53,894 bases of DNA, taken from positions 36,869,368 through 36,923,261 of the forward strand of contig NC_068986.1 of the NCBI RefSeq assembly GCF_001194135.2, read 5' to 3'. The notes beneath the pieces are model-generated. The model saw nothing but the letters and a program-made list of their open reading frames with translations, had not been told where the DNA came from and did no database searches. The DNA is from Octopus bimaculoides (Eukaryota). Positions 1-13,235 of the stretch are shown piece after piece. Position numbers and translations under genes: made by a program. Within the stretch, counting starts at the first letter, position 1, and each line of letters opens with the position of its first letter.

Positions 1-212
1 TATATATATATATATTTAAGCATAGCGATATAAATCACGTAGTGGTACAACTCAATATACTGATGCTTCAGAAAAAGGCGTTAGTCGAGTATAGAATGTA
101 ATACAGGATTATATAAAAGGCATTATGTAATAAACTTCATTAACTTGTAGCTGTTTCTGTTATTAGATGCGTGTACTATATACACGCTTCTTATAACAGA
201 TGCGTACACTAC

Positions 213-558
213 GGTGAAGGCGCATGGCTCAGTGGTTAGAGGGTCGGGCTCACAAACATGAGTCAGTGAGTTCGATTCCATGACCGGGCTGTGTGTTGTG
301 TTCTTGAGGAAGATACTTTAGTTCACGTTGATCCAGTTCACTCAACTATAAAAATGATTTGCGACATCACTGGTGTTAAGCTGCATCGGCCTTTGACTTT
401 CCATTGGATAACATCGCTGGCGTGGACAGAGGAGGCTAGTATGCATGGGCGACTGCTGGTCTTCCTTAAATAACCTTGCTCGCACTTATGCCTTGGAGAG
501 GAACTTTCTGGGTGCAATCTCATGGTCATTCATGACCGAAGGGGATCTTTACCGTTTT
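213..558 (+). mobile_element. tRNA-derived SINE, family C (CORE-like centre)
   Basis: A box TGGCTCAGTGG and B box GTTCGATTCC, then the CORE-like motif GTGTTGTGTTCTTGAGGAAGATACTTT. Related copies lie at 11170, 42994 and 52894. Confidence 0.8.
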
Positions 559-987
559 TACATAGTACACAACCACACGTTGTGTAATTATATGAATACG
601 ATAGGCTTCTGCATAGTTTACAGTTACCAACTTCCACTTGCTAAATATCAGTCAACGTGAGATTATAATAGAAATCACAAGCGAGCTATTACGTAGTAGT
701 ATCGAACCTGAAAACTAGTTTGCGAAACAGACTACCTAACCACACAATCATACTTTCCTGTCCCTACATGAAACATTTGTATGTGTGTGTGTGTGGCAAG
801 TAACCGAATTTGATGCACTGTTTTATCCGTATAATATTTGGTATTGCTGATAAATAAAATTGCATTTTGTATTCTTAATTTCCATGGGAGTGCACTAAGA
901 GTAATCTTTCTAAGAAAACCTTGAAACAACAGCATCTACTTTACCTGTGTAAATATGTATGCGTGTGTGCGCGTATGTGTTTGTATG

Positions 988-1041
<54 letters not shown>

Positions 1042-2615
1042 GTTATCTATGTGTCTGCAATATGATCGCATTATCATCATGATTATTTACAGATGGATTA
1101 AGGTTCGGCTACATAGTTTCTTGGCAACATAGTTAACAAGCTTACTTCATAACTATGTGGTTATGCTTTTTTTTTCCCACTGCATGGCAAGTGAATCTGA
1201 CATGAAGCTTAGGCAAGTAACTCTTACAGAGCCTCGTAGTAGGTTTCCTCTAACACAAGGTTTAACACTACCACAAGGTCCTTGGGTACCTTTAGAGAAA
1301 TCCACTTTATTCTTTATTTTAAGCCTCTGGATTAGCTTCCTTTCATTCCACACACCATATCGTCGTTGTCATGCATAGTTCGCTTTCGCAGCGCATTCAT
1401 GAACTACAACAAAAGTCTTCCAGATTAAGTGCGAGTTCTATCGCGTGAAGCCACATCGTTCCTTCGTTCTGACTTTCTCATTGTGTTTTCTGGACAGGTA
1501 TATCAGGGTCGTTTCCCTTCACTTTTCCTAGCTGGCTAGCCGTTGGTCTACAAGGAGCTAATCCGTTCTTCGACATGTTGTTTTAATCCTGCTGTGTGTC
1601 CGAAAACCTTCCTCACAAGAGTAGCAAATTACTTAAGTGAGGAAACCGATTTAGTCGCCGACCCCTCGACCATGGAAAGTGTAGTACAGGTTTGCATGGT
1701 ATCAGTAGCAGGTCTCATCAGTCTGTGATAAGATTTCTGATCTGACTACAATCCAACATGCAAGCCCTTAAAAAGTCAATGGTTCTGTTTTTCTGCTTCC
1801 AAATACTTTTATTAAAAAGGAAGTTATGAAGATTACGAAGGAAAACAGTGTCCATGATCTTTAACACGAGTTTCCAGACTGGTAGGTGGAAGATATCTTC
1901 AAACTAGAGACCGGGCCAAAATGCTTGCAACACACTCGATTCCGCTAAAGTCGCTCAAGGTACCAAGTGGGGTGGGGGGTTAAAACCGGGCAACAGATTA
2001 AGTCTATCATCAAAAAAGGCTGTAGTGAGGTTTGAACTCAGAACACAAAGAACTGAAACAAACACCGCAAGGAATCCGGTCCGCCAATTTCGGCGATGTT
2101 ACACAACCTCGAAATTTACCTGAAGCTTCATAGTTTCAAGTGCTTAAATTTCCAACGACGATAAAGGAATGAGTGATTGAAAGAATAAAAGAATAAAAGT
2201 ATAAAAGACTGAATGAATGAGAGAATTAATGTTTCTATTATTAAATTTGTTTTTAAATTTGAGATATAATCGGTTTTTGAAGGAGGAGAGTTTTCATTTT
2301 GTTTGTTATTTTCTTTATATTTAAATCGACCTGTGGAATAAAATAAAATTATTCAATGAAGCATGATTCGTTCTATTAATCATTTGTTACTTTTGTGACT
2401 AGGGAATGAAATGGAATTTTCCGGTGCGCATGCTTTTAAAAAGCATTAGGTGAAGAACATGAAATGATAGATTGTTCCATTGGGAATAAATACCGGATCA
2501 TGAGCTTATCTCAGTTTGTACTTTGTTCTTTTTATTGATTTTTAATGTTGATGTGTATTTCAATATCATGAAAATGACAAATATTGATTTATCAATTTGG
2601 TCACAAGACCACAAA

Positions 2616-2815
2616 TTGTTGTTTTTGCTGTTGTTTAACCCACGGTCACCCCCCAACCACCGGAGCAAACCTATTGTGAAAGGTGTCCCAGCCATTTCTA
2701 TATCGTCTTTCTGCCGTGCATTACATATCTAGGAACATTTGGCCTTTCTTTTTATCAGTCCCGTAACTGTCATTTGAGGAATACTTCGCTGATATCTCTC
2801 TATTTGTTGGAGCAA
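2616..2815 (-). mobile_element. Dispersed repeat family D (retroelement 3' end with (CAA)n tail), decayed
   Basis: (GTT)n followed by TTTAACCC..GGTCA..GAGCAAACCTAT..AAAGG..CCAGCC. The same motif order recurs at 6416, 7092, 7466, 44310, 49915 and 50120. Strand is inferred from the tail. Confidence 0.6.
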
Positions 2816-3287
2816 GTAGGTAGTAGGTCCTCTGAGAATTATATCTCATTTGATTGTATTCACTCTCAATAAGAACCATGGGTGGTTCTTATTGGAACAG
2901 GTATAAAAAAAAGTGAAAAATTCATACATAGTAGGATTTGAACGCTAAATTCAAACATATTAAACTAACAAAGTTTTTATCCACTGTTAATCTGCTTATG
3001 CCATTTTATCTCTTCCGATGGCAATGCTCTGAAGCAATCACCAGAAAATTTAATATTAAATAATGGTCGTTTGGTTTTACTTTCAGCCGCTGGCTTTCTC
3101 TTTCACTTTTGCTTCAGTTATTGTATCTCGGCCATGCTAGAACTCCGTATTAAAATGTTCTAGTTGATAAAATCTATTTGAATCTTTTAATCGAAACGAT
3201 AAGTTATAGGTACATAGACAAACAAATACACGTCGTCAAACGATGACAAGCATAAAATAAAAAAATTAAAAATGTAATGGTCTCAAC

Positions 3288-3562
3288 CATATTTTCCAGG
3301 TCCGCCGGTGCTGCCTGGATTACCATATCCAGGCTCTGCCCTTGCCAATTTTTATGTGCAGTGCTGGTGGTTTGGAGGACCACTATCTTTTCTTCCATGC
3401 CCAGCAGTATAGCAGCTACTAGCCAGGCCACATTTATTTCCGGAGCTATGTCTTCTACCGTTATCATGGAAGTACGCCTTCCAAAGTATATGGGCAGAAG
3501 TTGTGTGCCTCCCCTACGGGGGAAGGATTCGAACTCGCCTTGAATGCTGTGAATATTTTTTC
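3288..3562 (-). other. GC-richer open reading segment: candidate exon or relic of a non-LTR ORF1 (RRM-like)
   Basis: Stop-free GKNIHSIQGEFESF...PIYFGRRTSMITVEDIAPEINVAWLVAAILLG...DLENM set in AT-rich flanks. Possible acceptor TTTTTTAG at 3563/3562 and weak donor GTTGAG at 3287. Confidence 0.35.
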
Positions 3563-4039
3563 CTAAAAAATAGTATTGTCGTTGGAAAAATATTCCAAAT
3601 ATTTTTGAGAAAAAATACATGGTATTAAATTCAACAATGCAGTTAACGTTCAATACAGAAGAAAAAAGGAATACGGAGGAAAAAAGGAATTATGCTGACA
3701 TAATGAATGTGTCGCATCAAAACGTAAGCGTATCAAAAATGGAATACCAAGCTTGCTTCAGCATGCTTACAATTGAAAGGGAAGATGTTCGTATCTCTCC
3801 ACCAAGTGAAATAACGATGCAAAGAAACAATAGAATTCTAGGGTCGATATAATCCACAAAAACCTTCAAGGCGGTACACGAATGAGACTAGTCCAATTAC
3901 TGAACTAAATAAAAGGAAAACAAGTATATTTGTTTATAACAGTAAAGATTAAAAAGAATTTTATTAGATTTTATGTTTGACAAAATATCCATCAGGCAAA
4001 CACTAAATATTGTTGATTTAAAACAGTTCAGCTTGGTAG

Positions 4040-4420
4040 CTCCTGTAAGCCCTTAGCACAACACATTGACTCGCTCTTTATGCATGAAGAGCTGATAGAT
4101 TTTCAAGCCAGACCAGTTTGCATAACAATTTATTTTGCAGTAAAGAAAATTTAGTTTTTATATACACTCTGGTTTTTAAATGAATCTAAGTCAGTTTTAC
4201 ACCCAATTGTCTCAGCTGAGTCTCTTATTTGGTTTTCTATCAAATCCTTGGTTTTGTAGCAAGAAAACCTGGTAGAATTGTTTTTCAAGCTATAGCCACT
4301 GTTTGATTTGAAATCAGCACTGCAGCCTAAAGATAGCCATCAATAATACAGAACTTCTGGTTGCTTAAACAGTCTATAACCAATCAACCTTGTTCCCTTA
4401 CAGCTAATTGGTCTGAGCCG
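4040..4420 (+). mobile_element. Possible highly decayed hAT (Charlie/Buster-type) transposase C-terminus
   Basis: Frame-broken pieces HEELIDFQA and LVE.FFS/A resemble the QEELIELQSD and SYLVE.GFS motifs. Heavily degraded. Confidence 0.3.
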
Positions 4421-5144
4421 TTCGAGTATTAATCAACTTTGTCACGGAGCCAGTTTACCATCGATCACATGAAACGCGTCGCCAAACGTTTTACTAGTAG
4501 ATATACAACACATAATGAATTGGTGAACTGTGTGGCTCTCGCATGCGACACTATAGATCGCGGAACACCGACACTTCTAATAGATATCTATTTGTTTGTC
4601 TGGTTGGCTCTATGTATGTGTATGCTGTTTTATTTGTAAATGAAAATTGGATTCTCTAGGATATCAACGAAATGTGCTGGAACATTGTGATGAAATCATC
4701 TGGTGTTTTAAATGGGTTAATATCTATTACGGGATCGGCTGAAGTGTAAAACTAATTTATCTGAAAGATGACAATGAGCTACAACCATTCTCTTTCATTC
4801 ACACGTACACGCTAGATAATTATATTAAATGGATGCAGGATGGTGGATTTATGAATACGTAGAGTTCTCTTGAGCAACGACAACCACCACCACCACGACT
4901 ACCACCACCGAATCTACGTCGCAGTTTTTGTTTCAAGAGGGAGGGGGGGGGGTTCTATATAACGTAAGCAATATTGTAATTGATATATCTTAGCTAGTTC
5001 CATCCAGAAATTAACTACGCTTCTTTTTTTTTAACTGACGGAAACTGTCTCTGGAGGAAAAGATAAACATGTTAATACACAGAAACAATACGCCACATAT
5101 TCACACAGGCACATGTTCAAAGGGACACACACATTCATTTGGGC

Positions 5145-5338
5145 CTATATATGTGTATATATATATATAGAGAGAGAGGGAAATGTTTATTGATACAAGA
5201 TATACAAATATATATACGTGTATGTATCTACAAGCATATATATATATATGTATATATATACACACATGTATATACATTTTAAGTATATTCGTATACGTAT
5301 ACGTGCGTATATATATATATTGTGCAATATGTTAATAT

Positions 5339-5396
<58 letters not shown>

Positions 5397-5420
5397 CACA
5401 TATATATAATAGTCATATAT
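5145..5420. repeat. Compound (TA)n/(TATG)n microsatellite
   Basis: Directly visible; produces the YIYI pseudo-ORFs. Confidence 0.95.
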
Positions 5421-5888
5421 AAATATATGTGTATGTATGTAATGTAATATACAGTCTGTATGTATACACCTGAATATATAGAGAGCAAGTCAACGGACTG
5501 CTCTCAATGATGAGCTGTTTCAAATAAAATTGTTTTGATGATATTAAAGACTTGATAATCAAATAATCCGGCTGATTGTTTCATTATTTAATGAAGGCCA
5601 TCTAATTGTGCAACTGAGATTCGTAATCTTTGAAGTAAACCCGTAGATAGAATAGGTGTCTCTGAATCAGCTTGTATATACAGACAGGCAGACAGACAGA
5701 TAGATAGGTAGATAGGTAGATAGATAGATAGATAAATATGTATGCGTGTGTATGCATATATACATCATATACATTTGCGCATATACCTCGTACAAGCTTA
5801 CAAACACATGCGTTGATCCACATAGGCAGTAACATGTCTGAGTTTAAATGTATGCATGTTTTTTTTTTATGTCTATGCACAAGTAAAC

Positions 5889-5923
<35 letters not shown>

Positions 5924-5960
5924 GATGTATATATACATGTATACGCGCGCGTGTGTGTGT

Positions 5961-6283
5961 GGTGGAGGTGCAATGGCCCAGTGGTTAGGGCAGCGGACTC
6001 GCGGTCGGAGGATCATGGTTTCGATTCCCAGACCGGGCGTTGTGTGTGTTTATTGAGCGAAAACACCTAAAGCTCTACGAGGCTCCAGTAGGGGGTGGTG
6101 GCGACCCCTGTTGTACTCTTTTGCCCCAACTTTCTCTCACGCTTTCTTCCTATTTCTTGAGTAAAGCTGCGATGGACTGGCGTCCCGTCCAGCTGGTGGA
6201 AGCACATACGCCATAGAAAACAGGAAACCGGGCCCATGAGCCTGGCTAGACTTTAAAAGGGGCGCATAATAATAAATAATAAT
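5961..6283 (+). mobile_element. tRNA-derived SINE with CORE-like and V-domain-like segments and a (TAA)n tail
   Basis: A box TGGCCCAGTGG, B box GTTTCGATTCCC, GCTGCGATGGACTGGCGTCCCGTCCAG (resembles the V-SINE domain), ending ATAATAATAAATAATAAT. Confidence 0.8.
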
Positions 6284-6599
6284 ATGCGTGTGTACCTATC
6301 GACATACATACATACATGCATACATACGTGTGCTTAATCTTATTCTTAATGAGAGGTGAAGGAACAGAGATTGATTAGGATTAAAGCAGATGCTACAGAT
6401 GTCATTGTTTTCATATTGTTGTTGTTATTTAACCCTTGGTCATCGGTTACGATCCAAGCCGTGACCATCTCAATTTATTACCATATGATATATATACACA
6501 AGCCTTCATTTTTTAAATAATAGCGTATGAATTGACAGTTGCTTATTATTTTCAGCCCATCGTTTTTGTTGAGTTTTTCTTCATTGGTCTGAAGCTTTA

Positions 6600-6800
6600 C
6601 GAGGAGGTGCTGAAAAGCTCCTGGTTTTAAAGGTGTCGCGAAAGGCCTGGTTGGAAGCCCAAACTTCCGAGTTCTTTTACAGGGCTTAGAAAAACTGAAA
6701 GGTTGCTGCAATAAGTGTGTGAATCTGAGAAGAGAATATGTTGAAAAATCATAATGTATTTTCTTTTACTCTAAGCCAGGAACTTTTCAGCACTCCGTCG
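6600..6800 (+). mobile_element. mariner-derived MITE (internally deleted)
   Basis: About 30-bp TIRs (CGAGGAGGTGCTGAAAAGCTCCTGG / CCAGGAACTTTTCAGCACTCCGTCG) with TA on both sides. Interior encodes GLEKLKGCCNKCVNLRREYVEK, the mariner C-terminus. Confidence 0.88.
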
Positions 6801-7079
6801 TACAGCGTTGATACCTAGCTATGCTATATTCTTCTATGAAATTCACGAGTTCCATTATCTTTTGTATGTTATCAAACATCAATACGATATTGATTTAATT
6901 GAATTTCCCTTCTCATTCCCACCCTTGTAGTATACTTAGCACCAATAAGTCAATCAATCAACGAAGTGTTATTATGATAGAATCATTTCATCTCCAAGAT
7001 AATCCCATGCGAGGGATTAAGGTCATTCTGCAACCTAATGATATATTCATCAATTATAGAAGCCTAGTAATTATTGACG

Positions 7080-7660
7080 TTGTTCATGTGTTGTTGTCGT
7101 TGTTGTTGTTTTTGTCAGTCCAGCCAACATGAAGCTTAACTATCGTGAACGACATTCCTAACACAACATATCATTATGTCTCCTCCTTTAAGATGATAGG
7201 GAGATTTAAGTTTGACTACAATTTCTAAAAAGTCGTAAAAGAATTTCTTCGCTGGTTCGAGCTACAAACAGGCTTGGAATGGCAGATTGACACTATACTT
7301 CAATGTTTTCTACCGACTGACCACTTTGCTGGTGATAAGATAGAGAAAAGTAGCGTCCAGGTAATAAGCATTCGGCCGTCATCTTTAAAATTTGCGTTGA
7401 AATGTTATGTTGTTATTGTTGGTGGTGTTGTTATTTTTGTTATTGTTGGTGGTGTTGTTTTTGTTCTTGTCGTTGTTTAGATCCAGGCCAATTGTGATCG
7501 GGCAATCGTATGATAAAAAACATTTGAACCATCCTTCTCTTATGTTCATTTCATCTAGTTCACCTAGGTCTGTAGTTAATCCAATGTGTCCTTCTTTCCT
7601 AAGTCGGTGGAATGTAATTTCAAGAATATTTGTGGAGTTATTTCTAGCATACCGTGCGAC
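7080..7660 (-). mobile_element. Two decayed family D copies (about 7080-7270 and 7466-7660)
   Basis: (GTT)n-like tails followed by the family D motif and ATGTGTCCTT..TAAG..GGT..TGTAATTT. Confidence 0.5.
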
Positions 7661-8069
7661 CTTCATAAAATAACTCGTTGACTAGAGCAATTTTTTACTG
7701 AATTTATCAATTTTTTCAATGTGGAAGTCCATCAGTGGTATTTGATGATTTCTCTAATGATTATTGTAAATTGTTCCAGAAAATATTCTTCGATCGAAAC
7801 GTTCAGGACAATAAAAATACGATATCTAAATATTATCGATTTAATTGAACTTGAAATATATCGTTCCGAACAAGTAAAAATTAAAAGTTCATCAAGTAAA
7901 AATAAAGAAACGAAATAAGAATAATAAATAAAACGAAATAAACAATAATCCTATACAGCAAACCCAATAATCTTTTTATACACGTCGTAGAATTAAATAT
8001 TACATATTCGAAATGAATCAAGGAGTATAAAGTTTATTCCATACTTCTCAATTATTCATGTATTAACAT

Positions 8070-8645
8070 CAATATACATTTTATAAACAGCTGCTCCGAT
8101 GCTACGTGCGACCGATGTAATTTGTTCATTGTCAGGCTTCTGTTTTAATTTTTTTCATTTCTGCTTTGATCACAGCTGCAAGTTGCTGTAAATTCTCCTC
8201 AGAACAAAAGAATATTGGTGTTATCTGTAAATAAAGCAAATTTCAGAGCGATTTATGCATAAGGTTAACCATGTAAGCCCGAACATTGACCTCTAGGGAA
8301 CTCCACAAACACTATTTATGCATACCAGCATGCTCGTCTCTCTTTACGAATTGCTGAATGATTCTTACATAGATTCTTAATTAAGTTCAAATCCTCTGAT
8401 AATATATCTTTACAATTTCTCGTATAATATATTGTGGTTGACAATATTAAAAGTTGTTTTAGATCTATAAATACTCTGATAGTATATTGTTTTATCAATA
8501 CAATTACTAATTTCTTCAGTTAATTCAATTAGATCCAACAGCGCTGAACACTTCGTTTTGAAGCCTAAATGACTGTCAGTAGTAATTTATCCATCTCAAT
8601 GAATTTATCTACTCCTTCAATAAAAAGTACTTTCATAAATTTTTT
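8070..8645 (-). mobile_element. CR1/L2-group LINE reverse transcriptase relic
   Basis: Frameshifted motifs in correct RT order: DKFIE..LLTDSHLGF, IRVFIDLK..FNIVNHNIL, CGVP*RSMFG (CGVPQGSVLG) and KFALFTDNTNIL.CSEENLQQL (FADD region). Confidence 0.8.
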
Positions 8646-9724
8646 TGCAGATGCCACAACCTTCGCATTTTTGATTTTGCGAGTCGAATGCACAATACAG
8701 GTCTTTAAACTGTTGACACTCGAGTGTGAAGCATTGGTCTTTTCTTGAAGTACGCCACATAAAAGTAATTAAGAAGGTTGAGATTTGGGCTATAACTGAG
8801 CCAGATGTTGACCCTCACAGAAAATGGCACCTTCCCACCAAGGAAGGCCTGTGTTGCTTTTGACACATGACATGGTGCAGAATCTTGGATAAGCACCACA
8901 TTGTCAAGTCCAAACTTCTGCTCCATCCAAAGTAACAGAGTTCTTCAGGATGTCCAGATACGTCTTTATACCGATCTTCAAGCCAGACTCTACGAAGTAT
9001 GGATCCATGAAACTTCTATCACCCGCCACAGCTCCAAATATCATCACAGGATTCTTAGTCTCAAACACAGGGCGGACGTTAGAAGGGTTATAAGCAATCA
9101 CTCGAGAATTTCTGAAATTCACCCCAGCATCCACAGTGAACTTCTTGTCCACAAACATGAGAGTTTTTCCTGCACCTTGATGTTTGATGGATGGCAGAAA
9201 CTTTGGGCATTTCTCGGTTCTGGATACTTTGGCCTTGGATTTTAGGTTGTGATGGCGTCGTCGTATAGAGCTAGTTACGCCAAAGTTCCTGTTTACAGCT
9301 CTGGACATTGTGGAAAGGGACACATTGCGTTTTTTGCAAGAGTTGTCATAGATGTGAATGTTGTCATAGATGTGGCTTCAATTGAGCGTTTGAGACCAAC
9401 GATGAAGTATAGATTGTGCTTGGAATCACTTCAAGTCTTGTGTTCTTTTCGATCAATCTTTCCCTCTACACGATAAACTGTTGCTTTTGGAAGTTTCGTT
9501 AACTGGACAATTTTATTGGCGGTGTGCCCGACGTGCGTCAAAACAACAATGACGAAACGATTCTGTTGCTCCATGACTTTCCATTGTCGAATCAGTTCGC
9601 TATTTACCTGAAAAATAGCGAAGAGGATTAGATTTTCAAGCAAGCAAGGTTTTGTCAAAAATAAAATGTTAAACTCACTAAGTCAACTGCTTAAAATTGG
9701 TCTCAATTTATCTGCAAGACTCTG
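8645..9724 (-). mobile_element. Tc1/mariner DD37D (maT-type) transposon relic, 3'-truncated
   Basis: N-terminal HTH (MEQQNRFVIV...KATVYRV), FVDKKFTVD, VMIFGAV, then QDSAPCH followed 37 residues later by NLLNY (third D mutated to N). 5' TIR CAGAGTCTTGCAGATAAATTGAGACC with TA at 9725-9726. Confidence 0.9.
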
Positions 9725-9814
9725 TATCCCTTATACAGCTCTGTGTGTGTGTGTGTGTGTGTGTAGTGTTCTGAAGTAAGAGAAATAGGGCACATTTGTA
9801 TATATATATATAAT

Positions 9815-9910
9815 CTTTTATTCTTTTCAGTCATCTAACTGCAGCCATGCTGGAGCAACGCCTTTAGTCGAACAAATCGACCCCATGACTTAGTCATTGT
9901 AAGCCTGTTC
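9815..9910 (-). mobile_element. SINE family A, 3' tail (cut by gap)
   Basis: Matches the tail of the full copy at 33143 (CAGTCAT..ACTGCAGCCATGCTGGAGCA.CGCCTTTAGTCGA). Confidence 0.8.
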
Positions 9911-10397
9911 NNNNNNNNNNNNNNNNNNNNNNNNNNNNNNNNNNNNNNNNNNNNNNNNNNNNNNNNNNNNNNNNNNNNNNNNNNNNNNNNNNNNNNNNNN
10001 NNNNNNNNNNNNNNNNNNNNNNNNNNNNNNNNNNNNNNNNNNNNNNNNNNNNNNNNNNNNNNNNNNNNNNNNNNNNNNNNNNNNNNNNNNNNNNNNNNNN
10101 NNNNNNNNNNNNNNNNNNNNNNNNNNNNNNNNNNNNNNNNNNNNNNNNNNNNNNNNNNNNNNNNNNNNNNNNNNNNNNNNNNNNNNNNNNNNNNNNNNNN
10201 NNNNNNNNNNNNNNNNNNNNNNNNNNNNNNNNNNNNNNNNNNNNNNNNNNNNNNNNNNNNNNNNNNNNNNNNNNNNNNNNNNNNNNNNNNNNNNNNNNNN
10301 NNNNNNNNNNNNNNNNNNNNNNNNNNNNNNNNNNNNNNNNNNNNNNNNNNNNNNNNNNNNNNNNNNNNNNNNNNNNNNNNNNNNNNNNNNNNNNNNN

Positions 10398-10476
<79 letters not shown>

Positions 10477-11169
10477 ATGTGTGTGTGAGAAAGAAAGGAA
10501 GAAAATAAATACATAGTTTTCAACATGATAAAATATAAAAGTAATTATTTTCATTTTTCACAAAATCTTCATTTTTAATCACGCTGTGTACAGCGAACGC
10601 AACCTATAAATGTTTGCTGTTTGCTTTTGTCGTTGTTGGAACTGATTACTCAAGAAATAATTAATCCTTTGTTTATCGAAGTTTTGCTTCAAAATTGCAT
10701 GTGACTTACCTTCTTGCTAACAAAATATACCTTCGTTTTCTTTACTACCTAATTATTTTATGAAAATTCTAGTTTTTTACTTGTCTAATGTCTCTTTATG
10801 TTAACCTATTTTCTTGCAACAAAAAATATAATTAGTTGTGTAAAGGAAAATTTTAATACATAAAGTTTTAATTGAGAAATGCGTTTAAAATAATTAAAAA
10901 GATTGCTTCTTTATTATTATAAATTTTGATTTATCTTATTTTGTAACGCGAAATGTAACAGAGATTATTTTTATTACATCGATGCCATGATTTTATGCTA
11001 ACATTGCCGGAAAACCCCAATAATTAATAGTACAGTCGGCCGCCACTTTCGAGTGGGTCTGGCTTGATAGCATGAACTGTGCCATTTCTCATTCTTTTTA
11101 GGTGAAGTTGTAAGCAAATATAGACACCCTCTCGTCCCTATTATCTTCGACCCCACGAAAAATCTACTA

Positions 11170-11340
11170 TGTGGCAGCCGGTGGAAGAGAGATCTGCAGT
11201 AGCACTTGGCTGGTACACATTTCTCAGCTGAGTGAGCTGAAGTAACGTGAAATGAAGTGCCTTATTACACAATGCATCTCCTGGTCAAGGATTTGAACCC
11301 ACAACTATAGGATTATGAGCCGAACACTCATTACTCATGA
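11170..11340 (-). mobile_element. SINE family C, decayed
   Basis: Reverse complement of the head and CORE part of 213-558 (CAGCTGAGTGAGCTG..AACGTGAAATGAAGTG, GGATTTGAACCCAC). Confidence 0.65.
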
Positions 11341-12932
11341 TATGTTTCATCTACATATGTAGATATCCTAATATCACTTACTGCTCTACTCAGTTGCAGT
11401 ATTTAAAGAATAATCGTTAATTAGCATACTATGATATGCAAAGTAGAATTTATTATATTTAAGAAAAAATTCTTCATTTATTTTGCTTTTACAACTTTAC
11501 TAGTGTTTCACACCTTCAACATTAAATCAATTCCCTTAAATTGTATATTTATGCACAGGTATCATAGCGATTTCTTCTCAGACCGTCGAAAATTAATCCG
11601 AAATAATTTTAAATACTGAACAACGTTTTCAATGATAATGAAAGTTTTAAATGCTAAAGATAATCAAATATGTCCCCTGCCCTATGATATAAAAGTATTA
11701 TTAATATTGTTTCCTCTGTATTTGATCTGACTCAGATTAGCAAATATTGATGTGACCAAAGATGTTTCAATCGTCGTCATTTTATTTATATACTACTATA
11801 TTATATTGTTTCATACAGTTTTTTTTTTTTCAAATGTTACTGTACCATTTGGTGGAAATTTGACATCTATTTCCCACAGGAAACAATTTGTTAGAGTAGC
11901 TAGAACGTCGGCTAGAATTCCTCGAGGTATTCGTTTCGTCTCTCTGACGACGAATAACTTTTATGTCTTCAATCAAAGCTAACTTCTAGCTAATCAATAG
12001 GAACATAAAGAATAGAAGTCAATGAGAAAGACTCTTTGGAGTTGCTTGATTGTTAGACATAACAGTTAAATCTAAGATCTACTCAAACACTCTACTATCG
12101 AGTAGGGTGCTTCGTAAGATTTTAAGTACCGACTTTTAGCTACGGGTTAATTTGCCGTGTAAATGAACTAGAAAATGAAAATTGGATTCAAGTATATATG
12201 GTACGGGAAATTCTGATATATTTCGTCAGCTTTCTTTCAACATATATATTTTCATAGAAATGTCTCATCTAGGCAATGTTTTTAGGGAATGCAAAATAAA
12301 AATACAGGGAGAGCGACAAAAAAATATGCATTTTTCATGCAAAGTGAAATTGTTTCAGATTTTAGTTTTCTACTTGGGTGAAAAAAATTTTAATAGCTTT
12401 ATGACATCTTGAATTTACTTTCCATTAAATTTTTGCTTGTGATACTAAATTGTTGATTGAGTGGATGGTTAATAGGTTGGTGGTTTATTTGATTCACTAG
12501 TGTTTTTTTTGTTATTGTTTTCTTTTGTTTACTTGATTTCTCAAATATGATTTTAGAATTCTGTTTATTTTCCGTAGAGTGTCTAGCGATATCGATCTTT
12601 CGATAATTTGATTCTTATAGCATGTTGATGCTTTTTTTGGTGGGGAAGAGGTTATCATATTAATTTTCTAAACAGCCAAATTTAATATAATTTTAATTTC
12701 TAATAGCTTTTTCAGGAACCTTTCTTCAGAAATCCAGAATCCACAAAATTTCCAATACCAGAAAAATTCTATACTTTAGATTATATTTAAAGCCATTAAA
12801 ATACATTAATTCGCATATGGACTGCACTGAAGCAATTTTTTTTTTAAGCTTACGCAGTCAAGAATAATACTTTTCATTATTTTAATTATTCTAAAATAAA
12901 GAAAGCATTATTTTAATTGCCCAACCACTCTA

Positions 12933-13235
12933 GTGCTAGGGTCGTTGGTACCGACCTCACACCCGCTTCAAAACTGTTGGCCGTATACCTAAATGAAGCA
13001 GCAATATTTTAATTGTCAGAGGACTGTAAATTGGGCGAATAGTTAGAGAAGTGAAAAATAGTTCGCAGTAGTTATTCTTGCTCTTAAGTTCTGAGTTCAA
13101 AACCCTCCGATGTCAACTTTAGCATTCCCATATGTTTGTTAAAATAGTGTACCAGGCAAGTGCTGGGGGAGGATGGTACTGACAAGCCTTCTCCTCTCGT
13201 AATTGCTGGCCTTGTCGCCAAAATTAGAGACAATG
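12933..13235 (+). mobile_element. SINE family B: tail stub plus a decayed full copy in tandem
   Basis: GTTCTGAGTTCAAA B-box region and tail AATTGCTGGCCTTGTCGCCAAAATTAGA. Confidence 0.6.

Noticed and set aside
213-290. tRNA-like A/B boxes (also 5961, 33540, 39104, 42994)
   Set aside because: No cloverleaf, and they continue into SINE bodies; these are SINE heads, not tRNA genes.
1380-1800. GC-richer stretch that may be a LINE UTR or exon
   Set aside because: No motif or second copy in the window to support any call.
9835-10554. Long ORFs spanning N runs (also 22160-22978, 45007-45720, 47270-47566)
   Set aside because: Open only because gaps translate as X.
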